Below are positions 1 through 9,016 of a DNA stretch of 64,000 bases, piece by piece. How positions within the stretch are numbered: the first letter of the stretch is position 1; each line of letters begins with the position of its first letter. The position numbers were made by a program, and so were the translations under genes. The notes beneath the pieces are model-generated. The model was not told the DNA's origin, searched no databases, and worked only from the letters and a program-made list of their open reading frames with translations. The stretch covers positions 47,963 to 111,962 of IMG/VR virus record IMGVR_UViG_3300037424_002358; one strand, given 5' to 3'. The stretch is from a virus.

Positions 1-1277
1 GTGGATCGAATCGACTCGCCGTGCTCATGTCCGGCGATGTTCGTGAGGACGGCACCGAGGACGGCCCACGAGTCGGTGTCGAGAAGAACGCCCCTCGACC
101 TCGAGAGGAACGCGTGGGCGTCGGCCAGCGTCTTGGCCCCGCCCAGGTATCCGCGCGTCTCCATCGTGCCCGTCACCACGGGCTTCTCCTCCCCCATCAT
201 CGGCTGCATCATCGCCTCGCCCTCGGCGGGCGCTGACGGGGGCGTGGCCGCGGCGTCCTCGGCCTTCATGACAATCGCACCTGGGTCGATGGCCCGCTCG
301 GTCAACTTTCGCGCCCGGCGTTCCAACTCCTCGGCCATCTCGTCACCCACGATGGAAGCGGCGTCGCCGCGCTTGCTGGTCATGGACCTCTCCTCCAACG
401 CAATCTCGGTGTCGTTGTAGGCGGGCATCCTCGTAAGCGCTAGGTGCACAAGTTGGCCCGCACGATAATGCTTCTCGCCGACGCCACGCTCGCAAAGGTC
501 GCAATGGTCGACGAGCGAACGGCGCTGGAAGGCACCGTGTGGGCCGTGATCGTGGCCCCAATCGACGAAGGCAATGGAAATACGCGTGCGCTGCTCGGGC
601 GGGATGCCCGCCTCAATGTCGCGCTTGATCGTCCCGTAGGCCGCCTCGGCCAGAGGCGTGTCGCGGAAGTAGCCCCGGGCCTTGAAGGTCGACCCGTCGA
701 TATACTCCTTCTCCGTGTCGCCGACGATCCCGAAGCCGTCCATGTCCAGATAGTGGGCCACGCCGAGATAGGGGTGCCCGCCCTTCCAGGATGGCGAGGC
801 AAACAGTTCGGGGGCAGGCTCGTTCTTCTTGATCCGCTGGATGAAGTCGCGGAAGAGGTCGATAGTCATCCACTCGCCGTACGCATCCCGCTTGACGCCG
901 GACGAGGTGGCGTACCAGCGCTTGCGCCCGTCTTTGTCGGGCGCGACGCGCGTGATGTACAGGTCGAGGTGGGCAGGCTGAGACATGACCGCGAGCGTCT
1001 GGGCGGAGACGGAGGGCTGGCGGCCGTCGGACAGCGCCGGGGTGAACTCGTCGCAGTAGTCCTCGGGCATGGGCGATATGTCCACCAGCATGCAGATCGG
1101 TTCGGTCTGGCCTTCTGTCAGTCCGGCGCCGACGAAGTAGCGGCAGTCGCCGCATGACAAGCCGGGTATGCCCCCGCCGCGCCGGAAGCCAGCCTCGCCG
1201 GGGGTCAACTTCTTCGTGCCGGGTCCGAGCGAAGTCTGGCCCGTTACGCCATCGCGGAGGGTCAAGGCTTCAGTCAT
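1..1277 (-). CDS. Prohead (capsid maturation) serine protease, HK97-like fold, with N-terminal Cys4 domain and probable C-terminal scaffold region; partial, runs off left edge
   Basis: Not in the ORF track; translated by hand from ATG 1277 (overlaps stop of 1270..1806), open to position 1: MTEALTLR...RDAYGEWMT...VAHY...RISIAF...LVHLALTRMPAYNDTEI. These match the HK97-type protease D-x-x-GE, His, Ser (SI) and L..xSxV..PAY motifs. Located in the head module. Confidence 0.8.
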   Translation of the reverse strand, partial: MTEALTLRDGVTGQTSLGPGTKKLTPGEAGFRRGGGIPGLSCGDCRYFVGAGLTEGQTEPICMLVDISPMPEDYCDEFTPALSDGRQPSVSAQTLAVMSQPAHLDLYITRVAPDKDGRKRWYATSSGVKRDAYGEWMTIDLFRDFIQRIKKNEPAPELFASPSWKGGHPYLGVAHYLDMDGFGIVGDTEKEYIDGSTFKARGYFRDTPLAEAAYGTIKRDIEAGIPPEQRTRISIAFVDWGHDHGPHGAFQRRSLVDHCDLCERGVGEKHYRAGQLVHLALTRMPAYNDTEIALEERSMTSKRGDAASIVGDEMAEELERRARKLTERAIDPGAIVMKAEDAAATPPSAPAEGEAMMQPMMGEEKPVVTGTMETRGYLGGAKTLADAHAFLSRSRGVLLDTDSWAVLGAVLTNIAGHEHGESIRS

Positions 1278-1806
1278 TCTTCCTGTACCACGATCCAGGC
1301 GTGGCCTGGAGTTTGGCGATATGCGAGGCAATACCTGCGGACGTGTAGGGAGATGGCCCGCCCCCTCCGCTGACCCCGCGCACGTGTTCCCGCCACTGAG
1401 CGGCGTTCACTTCACTTGTGGGACGGCTGACCAGTTCGTCCCTAACAGCCTCCACGAAATCGGAGTCGTAGTGCTTGGCGTTCATGGCAATGTGTAGCAG
1501 GGCTTCCGTCTCCGCCGTTGAGACGGCATGACCGCCCTGCTTGCTCGTTCCCCTCGACCAAATCCCCTGAATGTTATTGGCAATCTGAGCCGTCATGCTG
1601 AAGTTGCCAGGTCCGCCGACGGGTGTGCCCGCGGGTCCGCCGCCAGCGTTGCCAGCGCCACCGCCGCCCGGAGCGCTCCCCCCCACCTCGCCAGGGCGCC
1701 CCGCGTGGCCGAAATGTCCCGATCCGGGGCCTCCCCGGACCACGCCTAGTTCGGGGAGGTCCCGGACCACAAGGTGCAACGGGTGGACGTGCTTGTGGAT
1801 CGTCAC
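1270..1806 (-). CDS. Head-associated protein carrying one GGPGSGHFGH tag plus an unknown cargo domain
   Basis: GVVR-GGPGSGHFGHAGRPGEVGGSAP at aa 24-46; translationally coupled between the ChaB gene and the protease. Confidence 0.75.
   Translation of the reverse strand: MTIHKHVHPLHLVVRDLPELGVVRGGPGSGHFGHAGRPGEVGGSAPGGGGAGNAGGGPAGTPVGGPGNFSMTAQIANNIQGIWSRGTSKQGGHAVSTAETEALLHIAMNAKHYDSDFVEAVRDELVSRPTSEVNAAQWREHVRGVSGGGGPSPYTSAGIASHIAKLQATPGSWYRKND
1669..1737 (-). repeat. Tag repeat copy 12 (RGGPGSGHFGHAGRPGEVGGSAP)
   Basis: Direct translation. Confidence 0.95.
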
Positions 1807-1808
1807 GG

Positions 1809-3044
1809 TCAGATGCGCGGGTCGCCGAAGCGGCGCTCGCCTTCCGGGATTTGGACGGCGAGCGAGAGTGCCACGCCGCGGGTCATCTCGCGCAGGTTCC
1901 AGTCAATTGTGCCGGACCGGCGGACGAGGACGGCCCGCTGGAGTAGGTAGCCATCGGGCGAGTCGACCCAACGCTGGAAGATGTACTCCTCCGGCCGCGT
2001 GGGGTTCGTGATCGCCTGCCAGCCCTCGTCCATGCTCTTCTCGACCGCCTCCTCGTAGGAGCGCAGGACGGTGCGCTCCTGGACGAGATAGCCGATCGTG
2101 CGCTGCTGGAGCGGGCGGGCCATCCACGCGTTGGAGTTGACGTTGTCGGGCCGGCGGGCGATCCGGTTGGCGAAGCCGCCGTCGAGCATCTTCTGGTCGG
2201 CATCGGCCTCGACCTCACGCTGCCGGGCCGCCAGCGACTTCTCTTCCTCGCCGCCCCACTCGGGCGACATGTCCTTCATCGCGCCGAGTTGGCGAGCCCG
2301 CTTGCGAAGGTGCGCCTTCACCTGGCCGCGCTTCGCCTCCGGGGCGCGCCCGTAGGACTGGACGCCGTCCATGAGGTCTTCGCGGTCGGCGATGGGGTAA
2401 GACCCATCGGGAAGCGCCCAGCCCCTCTTCGCGTACTCGGCCCGCTTCTCCGGCGAGTAATCCTTGCGGATCACCAGCGGGAGCGACAAGTCGAGGAAAT
2501 CGTTGCGATGCAGGCGCCGAGCGGTCAAGGATTTCTCCTCCATCGGCTTCTCCCCCGGCGCTTCTTCCTGCGCCGGCTCCCCCTCTTCCTCCTCGCCCTC
2601 CTGACCTCCGGCGATGGCTGCGTCGGCCTGTTCGAGGGCGCAGCCCACCGGGTCATCCGTCTTCACACACTCACCCAGCAGGGCGGCGGCAAACGCGTCG
2701 CGCCACTCCTGCGAATACCTCGGGTCCTGATTGTCGGACTCTTCCTCTTCCGGCTCAGCGGCCTCTTCCTCCGGCTCGGCCAGGTTGCTCACGTTCCCGT
2801 TCTTTTTCTCTTCGGCTTTCTTCCCCTTGTCGAGCCACGGCGGAGGTCCGGCCCGCTTCACCCATTCGCCTTGCTCGTTCTTGCGGTAGTCGTTCTTCAC
2901 CGCCGACCAGGCAATGGAGGCCGCGCACGCATCCCGGTCGTCGCGCTTGGCGCAGGTGCCGTCGTAGGCACCCAGGAAGGCCGACCGCCATATCTCGGCG
3001 GCGTGGCCTTTCAGCACCGAAGGAACGGTGACCGTCTCGGGCAT
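1809..3044 (-). CDS. ChaB-domain head-associated multidomain protein (ChaB + acidic linker + ALPDGSYPI domain)
   Basis: HAAEIWRSAF...AWSAVKNDYRK...GEW is the ChaB signature. WALPDGSYPIADREDL...GRA...HLRKRARQLG resembles a domain seen in phage capsid-maturation proteins. Likely start is MPETV at 3044 after GGGAG. Confidence 0.7.
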   Translation of the reverse strand: MPETVTVPSVLKGHAAEIWRSAFLGAYDGTCAKRDDRDACAASIAWSAVKNDYRKNEQGEWVKRAGPPPWLDKGKKAEEKKNGNVSNLAEPEEEAAEPEEEESDNQDPRYSQEWRDAFAAALLGECVKTDDPVGCALEQADAAIAGGQEGEEEEGEPAQEEAPGEKPMEEKSLTARRLHRNDFLDLSLPLVIRKDYSPEKRAEYAKRGWALPDGSYPIADREDLMDGVQSYGRAPEAKRGQVKAHLRKRARQLGAMKDMSPEWGGEEEKSLAARQREVEADADQKMLDGGFANRIARRPDNVNSNAWMARPLQQRTIGYLVQERTVLRSYEEAVEKSMDEGWQAITNPTRPEEYIFQRWVDSPDGYLLQRAVLVRRSGTIDWNLREMTRGVALSLAVQIPEGERRFGDPRI

Positions 3045-3110
3045 GGGCCTATTCTCCCTACCGTGATTGTAGACAGAATGCAAGGGGATTGCCCGCACTT
3101 TCGCGCCGCC

Positions 3111-3140
3111 AAAAGGAAGGCCCCCGGTGGTCCGGGGGCC
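3111..3140 (-). terminator. Rho-independent terminator
   Basis: GGCCCCCGG-ACCA-CCGGGGGCC stem followed by TTCCTTTT on - strand, ending the accessory block. Confidence 0.75.
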
Positions 3141-3170
3141 ATGGCTTCGGGCTGGCGGAGGCGTGGCTGG

Positions 3171-3458
3171 CTAGGCGGTCAGTAGCCCGGACTGCCGATG
3201 GAAGACGTGTCTGGCCTCGGCGCTGGCTAGGCGGAGCGTCCCGACGTACTCCCAAGTGTCGAGCGATCCTTCTCCTCCGGGCGCGTCCTCTCCGTCGGCA
3301 ACGACAGCGAAGACGTGGCTGACCGTCGGCTTGCTGTCGTCCAGGAGCATCCAGACCGTGAAGAGCGCGGGCGTCCCGTAGAAGCCGACGCAGATGGGCC
3401 TCGCCCCCTGAGGCAACTCGAGGACCGGAACGATGGCGAATGGCTTGATCGTCGTCAT
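3171..3458 (-). CDS. Small conserved phage protein, paralog of 35302..35580
   Basis: LP.GA..I.VG...VW.L.D...F.V...G....YVGT....HVF pattern shared with 35302..35580. Confidence 0.55.
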   Translation of the reverse strand: MTTIKPFAIVPVLELPQGARPICVGFYGTPALFTVWMLLDDSKPTVSHVFAVVADGEDAPGGEGSLDTWEYVGTLRLASAEARHVFHRQSGLLTA

Positions 3459-3898
3459 CGGTTCTCTGGTGTCGAAGGCACCCCGAGGGCGGCGAGCCGA
3501 CGAAGGAGATTCCAGTGTGAGGAGCAGGAGCACGAATGGGTGCGCATCTCCTCGGCGGCTAATCCGGGAAGACTCAGGATTTCCCCGTCCTGCTTTTTCC
3601 AGGCGGCGCGCCCATTCACGGCGTCCTCAATGTCGGAGACAGTCGGATGCTCGTCGCAGTCCGGGCAGTACATGAAATGGTCACCGTGCGGCGCCTTCGT
3701 GTTGACGAACGCGTCCGTGTTTAGTCGGAACCTGTGCTCGTGCGTCTTGGCCTCGGACGCGGCGATGGCGGCACGCATCTTTGCCAGCGCTTCGTTCCAT
3801 CCGCGGACATAGCCATGCCCATGCTCGTTCAACTCAATTCCATCGGTCAGTGGCTCAATATGTCCTAGCGCCACCACCTTGGTATAGGCATCATCCAT
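3455..3898 (-). CDS. Hypothetical protein (ASEAK mosaic family, CxxC)
   Basis: Coupled ORF containing AIAASEAK. Confidence 0.6.
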   Translation of the reverse strand: MDDAYTKVVALGHIEPLTDGIELNEHGHGYVRGWNEALAKMRAAIAASEAKTHEHRFRLNTDAFVNTKAPHGDHFMYCPDCDEHPTVSDIEDAVNGRAAWKKQDGEILSLPGLAAEEMRTHSCSCSSHWNLLRRLAALGVPSTPENR

Positions 3899-4160
3899 GC
3901 TTCACCTTCCCTGCGGCGGCGAGTGCGGCTAATTGCTCTTCAACGTCCATCACAACCAAATGTCGGTCGCCTTTGGTTAGTTGTCTCATGGCAACTTGAT
4001 ACGCCTCCACCTTGGCCTCGGACGCGGTCAGGGCGGGGATAGGACAATCTTTGGCATGTGGTTTCTGCCCACACCACTTGCATTGTGCAACCAACGCTCC
4101 TCGTGTCGTTCGGTACTCGTTCCAACAGTTCTCCGGCACCGTCTTGGCGTCAGTCCCCAT
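3891..4160 (-). CDS. Hypothetical protein (ASEAKVEA mosaic family, CxxC..HxxxC)
   Basis: Start MGTDAK after GGAGG; contains ALTASEAKVEA. Confidence 0.6.
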   Translation of the reverse strand: MGTDAKTVPENCWNEYRTTRGALVAQCKWCGQKPHAKDCPIPALTASEAKVEAYQVAMRQLTKGDRHLVVMDVEEQLAALAAAGKVKHG

Positions 4161-4689
4161 CGGGAACCTCCGGGAGTTTCCTCCAGTGATTAGGGCCATT
4201 GACTCGATGCTCTCTATCAACATCCGTCTCCTGCGGCGCGGCGGCGAGGGCGGCGGGTGTCTTGTCGTGCTGCCTACCGTCATAGATGTTGCGATAGCGG
4301 CCTACGAAGTAGTTAGCGCATCGGAAGTAGACCTCAATTATTCTCGCCCGGAAGCGTGTCCTCTTGCGCTCCACCCTCACTTCCTTCTCCAGCGCCTCCA
4401 CCTTGGACCGGAGTGCCACGTTCTCGGCCTTGAACTCCAGGCCCTTGCGTCGATAGAAGTCCGCGAACCCACGATTGCGCCGTGCCTTTCCTTCCAGCGC
4501 CTCCACCTTGGCCTCGGACGTAGCGAGGGAGTTCAGGCGGGCCTCAATACCCGCTTGGTCGAGGTGCTGGTCGGTGCCTTCAAGTCTCGCCTCGGCCTCT
4601 GCATGCGCGCCCGAATAGATGCGACAAGTCACGTGCCACTTCTGCACCGCCTTGGCGTCAGTCCCCTGCGGGACGCTAGGCGCTGTCAT
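4150..4689 (-). CDS. Hypothetical coiled-coil protein (ASEAKVEA mosaic family)
   Basis: GTDAK and ATSEAKVEALE segments. Confidence 0.6.
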   Translation of the reverse strand: MTAPSVPQGTDAKAVQKWHVTCRIYSGAHAEAEARLEGTDQHLDQAGIEARLNSLATSEAKVEALEGKARRNRGFADFYRRKGLEFKAENVALRSKVEALEKEVRVERKRTRFRARIIEVYFRCANYFVGRYRNIYDGRQHDKTPAALAAAPQETDVDREHRVNGPNHWRKLPEVPDGD

Positions 4690-5219
4690 CGGGAATTCTC
4701 CTTGGCGTCGGCCATCAGTCGCTCAACAGGGTTCATCCCCTCTCGACTTTCCATCTTGGGTGCGGCGGCGAGGGTGGCCCCATCGAGAATGTGTACAACA
4801 TGCTCGACTAGCCACGGCCTCCCCGGAGCATCGGGGTCGTCCTCCGAAAGAATGGCCGCAATCGCCGCCTCCACCTTGGCCTCGGACGCGGCCAGGGCGG
4901 CTACGAGGCGCAGGCGCTTGGCTATCTCGTGGGGAATGCAGCCGCCGTGACCGCGCGGGCAAATCAAGTTGACTGGCCCACCCGTCAATGACTTTCGCAT
5001 GTAGACGGTGTTGCAAGTCTCGCACAGCCACTCTTCTTCGTTGTCGCGTCGCTCCAGCGCCGCCAGCCTGGCCTCGGAGGCGGCGAGGGCGTCAATGGCA
5101 CGTAGTCCTAGAGGTTCAAACTCAAGTGCTAGATCAGCGTGGCTCATGGATGGTCTAGGCGTCCCCGCCCATCGCTTGCATTCTTCCAGAACCGTCTTGC
5201 TGTCAGGCTTGTCAGTCAT
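4686..5219 (-). CDS. Hypothetical protein (ASEAKVEA mosaic family, CxxC)
   Basis: ALAASEARL and ALAASEAKVEA segments. Confidence 0.6.
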   Translation of the reverse strand: MTDKPDSKTVLEECKRWAGTPRPSMSHADLALEFEPLGLRAIDALAASEARLAALERRDNEEEWLCETCNTVYMRKSLTGGPVNLICPRGHGGCIPHEIAKRLRLVAALAASEAKVEAAIAAILSEDDPDAPGRPWLVEHVVHILDGATLAAAPKMESREGMNPVERLMADAKENSR

Positions 5220-5889
5220 CGTGAGGTTCCTTGCCGACGCCTATGCCCGGCGGCTCCACCCTCACTTGAGACCAGTTCGCATTCACGTCTTGCCCCTCCC
5301 CGGACGGCTCCGAGGCGGCGTCGTTGTCCTGCCTTTGGTAGATAGCGTCAACGGCATCGAGAATTTCGACGTTGCCATCGTCGGGAGCCAGAACGATGAC
5401 GGCCCCCGTTCTCCCATCCTTCTCCTTGAAACGAAGCGCCATGTGGCCTATGCCCAGGTTGTCATCCGACTTGATGATGCGGTACAACTTTCCCGCCAGT
5501 AGAGCCGCCGCCTCAAGACCGCTCCCCTCCAGCGGCTCCACGTTGGCCTGAGTGGCGGGGTCGACCGAAACCCACATCTGATCGCCGGGTTCAACTTCGA
5601 TGTGTTCACGCTCTGCCTCGGTGAAGTCTTCGGGGTTGTAGGTCACCCACTTGATGAGGCCGTGTTTCTCGGCCAGTTCCTCAAAGTCGCCTCCGTCTAG
5701 GTTCATCGAACCGTCGAAGCCGAACACCTGCACCATGTCACGCCAGAAGCCTTCCAGCACCTCCAGCCTAGCCTTCCAGGCGTCGGCGTGGGCGCGCACC
5801 AAATTGCCGGTAACGATGCGCCGATGTCGCCAGCCGCGCAGTATGTCAGCCGCCAGCGCCGTCAGGGTCTCGTGGGTGTATTCAGTCAT
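5212..5889 (-). CDS. Hypothetical protein
   Basis: Start MTEY after GGAGG; coupled to the next gene. Confidence 0.6.
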   Translation of the reverse strand: MTEYTHETLTALAADILRGWRHRRIVTGNLVRAHADAWKARLEVLEGFWRDMVQVFGFDGSMNLDGGDFEELAEKHGLIKWVTYNPEDFTEAEREHIEVEPGDQMWVSVDPATQANVEPLEGSGLEAAALLAGKLYRIIKSDDNLGIGHMALRFKEKDGRTGAVIVLAPDDGNVEILDAVDAIYQRQDNDAASEPSGEGQDVNANWSQVRVEPPGIGVGKEPHDD

Positions 5890-6094
5890 CGCGAACCTCC
5901 TTGGCGAGGGTGGCACCAGCAAGGGTTCTTAGTACCACCAGTCTACGCCGCCTGACCCGCTCACATCGGGATGTGCGCGAAAGAAGGCCGCCCAATAATG
6001 TCCCTCCCGTACCTCCTCGTGGTATCTCCATGCCAGCCATAGGAACAGAAGGGCAAAGCACGCCATCAAGGTGACCATCTAAGCGCCCTCCGGC

Positions 6095-6595
6095 CTAGCG
6101 CAGCCCGAACAGGCTGACGCCGATCAGGATGAATAACACCGCGGCGACGGCGATTGCGCCGCCCCCCAGCAGCCCGATGACGAACGAGGGCCAGTCCCAG
6201 CGGAGCCGCCAGGCGGGTTGGAGGCCCGCGAGGTAGGGCTGTTCGAGCAGGCGGCCCTTGCGCTTCTTGACACGCTCATCGACGCCGAGTTGCAGGATTT
6301 CGACGCTCGACCCATGCTTGCCCGGCTGGCGCCCGACGACGCGAACTAGGCCATCCCAGATCAGAGAGTTGACGGCGCTCGAAACGGTCGTGATCTTCAC
6401 GCCCGTCCCGAACGGATTCTCGCTGAATAGTTCGTAGAGCGCTTCCCGGGTCGTCGGCTGGAGGTAGGCGATCGCAAGCCGCACGCGCTCCTTGACCTTC
6501 AGATCGCGCCCGGACTCGTGCAGTCGCCGCCACGCCTCCGCGGAGGTTTCCTTATAGGCGGGCGGCGGAGCGCCGAAGAGAAATTGCTGTCTCAC
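6095..6595 (-). CDS. Putative winged-HTH protein with C-terminal TM helix
   Basis: TTVSSAVNSLIWDGLV wHTH-like segment; hydrophobic C-terminus; GTG start after GGAGG. Confidence 0.5.
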   Translation of the reverse strand: MRQQFLFGAPPPAYKETSAEAWRRLHESGRDLKVKERVRLAIAYLQPTTREALYELFSENPFGTGVKITTVSSAVNSLIWDGLVRVVGRQPGKHGSSVEILQLGVDERVKKRKGRLLEQPYLAGLQPAWRLRWDWPSFVIGLLGGGAIAVAAVLFILIGVSLFGLR

Positions 6596-7116
6596 TTTGC
6601 CTCCTTGAGCGTCCACACCCGCATCCACAACGTGTCGCCCATCAACTGCTGGAGTTCTCGGATCGGAAGGAGCGCATCGTAGCGCACCTGCCAGCACGGG
6701 ACGGGCGCATTGGGGTTCCAGTAGGGCGAGTCAGGAACGACAACCAAGTCCTTCCTGATCCAGCCCCGGATGGCATACCGTGGCATCTCTCCCGAGACCC
6801 CAACGTAGGCATCGCACTTCCTGCCAGGGGGACGAATGGAAAAGCGGTCGCTGTTGCCCAACTTCACGTCAATCAGCCAACCGTGCCCGTTCAAGTCCTG
6901 CCCGATGGAACGCAAGAGCATGAAGGACAGGTCCGGCCATAGGTTCAGGTACTTGGCGACGGCGAACTCGGCACCGACGCTGTTTATCGCGTTGACCAGC
7001 GGATCGCGCCTCGTGACGATCCGGTCCTTGACGTGCGCCTCGCGATCCTTCTTATCGCGCTGCCGCGCGATATGGGTGGCGATGGAGCGCTCTTCCGGCG
7101 TGAGGGGGACAATCAC
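6592..7116 (-). CDS. Hypothetical, PD-(D/E)xK-like nuclease fold
   Basis: GAEFAVA...D...IDVK pattern. Confidence 0.45.
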   Translation of the reverse strand: MIVPLTPEERSIATHIARQRDKKDREAHVKDRIVTRRDPLVNAINSVGAEFAVAKYLNLWPDLSFMLLRSIGQDLNGHGWLIDVKLGNSDRFSIRPPGRKCDAYVGVSGEMPRYAIRGWIRKDLVVVPDSPYWNPNAPVPCWQVRYDALLPIRELQQLMGDTLWMRVWTLKEAK

Positions 7117-7168
7117 GCGGAGGTTCCCCTGTAGGCGGGGGGAGGAGCACCGAAGAGGAACTGTTGGG

Positions 7169-7831
7169 TCACGCGTTCCGCCAATGGGCTGACTTCAAGC
7201 CACGATACTTATTCCGATCACTCATGTATCTTCGGAACTCATCGCCTGTCATGTTGCCTTTGACGACGTTGCAATTGGCGCAGGACGCTACCGTATTGTC
7301 GGGCTTATCTGACCCCCCACGGCTTGTAGGGATCACGTGGTCGACATGCCAACCGTCAACAAAGGTCAGCGGCTCATGACAGTACGCGCACTGACCATCG
7401 GAACGAGCGTAGCACGTGAGACGCCTAAGAAAGACTCGCGTATTGTCCACCTGACCGGGCCAGTCCTTAGTCACAATCGTTCGCATCAGGAGGCGTTCTG
7501 CACGCGCTTCCGCCTTCCGCTTTTTCTCATGGGCCTCACGACGCTCTTGTATGGTTCGTTGGTGGCCACCCCAAAGTCTAGCGACGAGCGCGTCAATATC
7601 ATCTGCGCTTTGCGCGTATATGAAGAACCAATCGTGGTAGTTATTTTGGGCCAACGACCACCGGATGAGACGTTCTACTCGGGCAATGGCCCTCGCCGCC
7701 ACCAACATCCAGTCCTCGGGCAGTTCGGATAGGCGACCGGGTTCTACGACTACTTCTGTGCGCGGCTCACCATCCTCTATTCTCACGCCGAGTGCGATCC
7801 CCGGAAGGATAGCCGTGCTCCATTCGCGCAT
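7169..7831 (-). CDS. HNH endonuclease
   Basis: CAYC...HVDHVIP..RGG...N...SC..CN..KG; probably leaderless from ATG 7831. Confidence 0.85.
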   Translation of the reverse strand: MREWSTAILPGIALGVRIEDGEPRTEVVVEPGRLSELPEDWMLVAARAIARVERLIRWSLAQNNYHDWFFIYAQSADDIDALVARLWGGHQRTIQERREAHEKKRKAEARAERLLMRTIVTKDWPGQVDNTRVFLRRLTCYARSDGQCAYCHEPLTFVDGWHVDHVIPTSRGGSDKPDNTVASCANCNVVKGNMTGDEFRRYMSDRNKYRGLKSAHWRNA

Positions 7832-7838
7832 AATTTGC

Positions 7839-7868
7839 ATTGTACCTTATACGGTACTAGGCTGTCAA
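7839..7868 (-). promoter_or_regulatory. sigma70-like promoter with operator TACCGTATAAGGTA
   Basis: TTGACA-18-TACAAT on - strand; operator at 7843-7856. Confidence 0.8.
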
Positions 7869-7880
7869 GCCCCCGTGGGG

Positions 7881-8603
7881 CTACTCCCCCGCCCACTCCG
7901 GTAACGGATTCAGCGGCCCGGCGAACGTGAGCGGATGAGCCATCGCGGGGATGAAGCCGCTCTCGCGGTAGAAGGTGACCTTGCGATCAACCCGCGCCGG
8001 ATCATCCCAGGAGTAATGCAGGAGGCACAGTGGGGGGAGGATGTCCAGCACCCGGTGGCTCAGGTGGACGTCGCCGAGGACGGTGTCGCCGACCCGGAAG
8101 TCGTAGGCGGGCGGCTTATCTACCGTCCAGAAGTCCAGCGGTCCCCGCCACGCCCAAAGGCTCGGCTCCCACCGCTCGTGCGCCGGCTCCGGCTTCGCCA
8201 TGTGCGGGAAATGCTGGTCGGTCCCCCACAGGTAGAGCCGCACGGCCAGGGCGAAGTCGGCGTCGGTCCCCTCGAGCAGATCGCGGCCCGCCTCCCGTAG
8301 CAGTCGGTTGGGGCGGCAGTCGCAGTCGTCGTACACAATCCAGTCGGGGGCAAGTTCGTTGGCGCAGGCGATGAGGTGGTTGGCGTGGCCGGAGTCGTTG
8401 TTGCGCCAGAGGCCGTTAGCGAGTTGCACACGCTCGCCGAATGGACGAAGCAACACGTTGGGGAAGCGCGAGGCAATGGAAATCGTGTCGTCCAGACTCC
8501 CCCCGTCCGAGACGATGACCTGGTCGGCCCACCGATAGGACTCGCAGAACGGGCCGATCCTGCGGGACTCGTCGCGGGTGCGGACGATGACGACGATCTT
8601 CAT
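7881..8603 (-). CDS. Glycosyltransferase family 2
   Basis: VIVRTRDE...DGGSLDDT...DxD (DDCD). Confidence 0.8.
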   Translation of the reverse strand: MKIVVIVRTRDESRRIGPFCESYRWADQVIVSDGGSLDDTISIASRFPNVLLRPFGERVQLANGLWRNNDSGHANHLIACANELAPDWIVYDDCDCRPNRLLREAGRDLLEGTDADFALAVRLYLWGTDQHFPHMAKPEPAHERWEPSLWAWRGPLDFWTVDKPPAYDFRVGDTVLGDVHLSHRVLDILPPLCLLHYSWDDPARVDRKVTFYRESGFIPAMAHPLTFAGPLNPLPEWAGE

Positions 8604-8688
8604 AGGGGAAACGCCTCCCCGCCGCTCGGGCGGTCTGATTACCGGCCAAACGTCAAGGGACGGAGCCACGGACGGCGAAGCGCAATGC

Positions 8689-8922
8689 TCACGGCAGGGG
8701 CAGGCTCTCCCTGAGCGACTGCGCCGCCCGTAGCAGGCAGGCGGCGCAGTCGGGGTTGTAGGCGACGAGGTCCCTCAGGAAGTTGGCGGCATCGTCGACC
8801 GCCTCGTTGTAGACGAACCGGATGCGCTCCCGGCTCTCCATCGCGGCCGTCCGCGTCTCCAACACCTGAACGATCATCGCACCGGACGCAACCTTATCTT
8901 GAGCGGGAATATGGTCAGCCAT
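8689..8922 (-). CDS. Hypothetical protein
   Basis: ORF on the coding strand with GAGG upstream. Confidence 0.45.
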   Translation of the reverse strand: MADHIPAQDKVASGAMIVQVLETRTAAMESRERIRFVYNEAVDDAANFLRDLVAYNPDCAACLLRAAQSLRESLPLP

Positions 8923-9016
8923 CGTTGCCTCGGGGGGAAAGTTCCAGGGCCGACACGCCGAGCCGGCCCTGGATGGCCTTGGAGGAGAACCACGCCGCCC
9001 CCAATTCTACGTCAAA

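Noticed and set aside
444-3185. Long + strand ORFs such as 444..1157 and 2289..3185 (and similar ones throughout)
   Set aside because: Antisense shadows of GC-rich - strand genes, with no motifs or RBS.
3455-5219. Diversity-generating retroelement TR/VR pair
   Set aside because: Repeats are only ~15-26 bp, show no adenine-specific mismatch pattern, and no reverse transcriptase is in the window.
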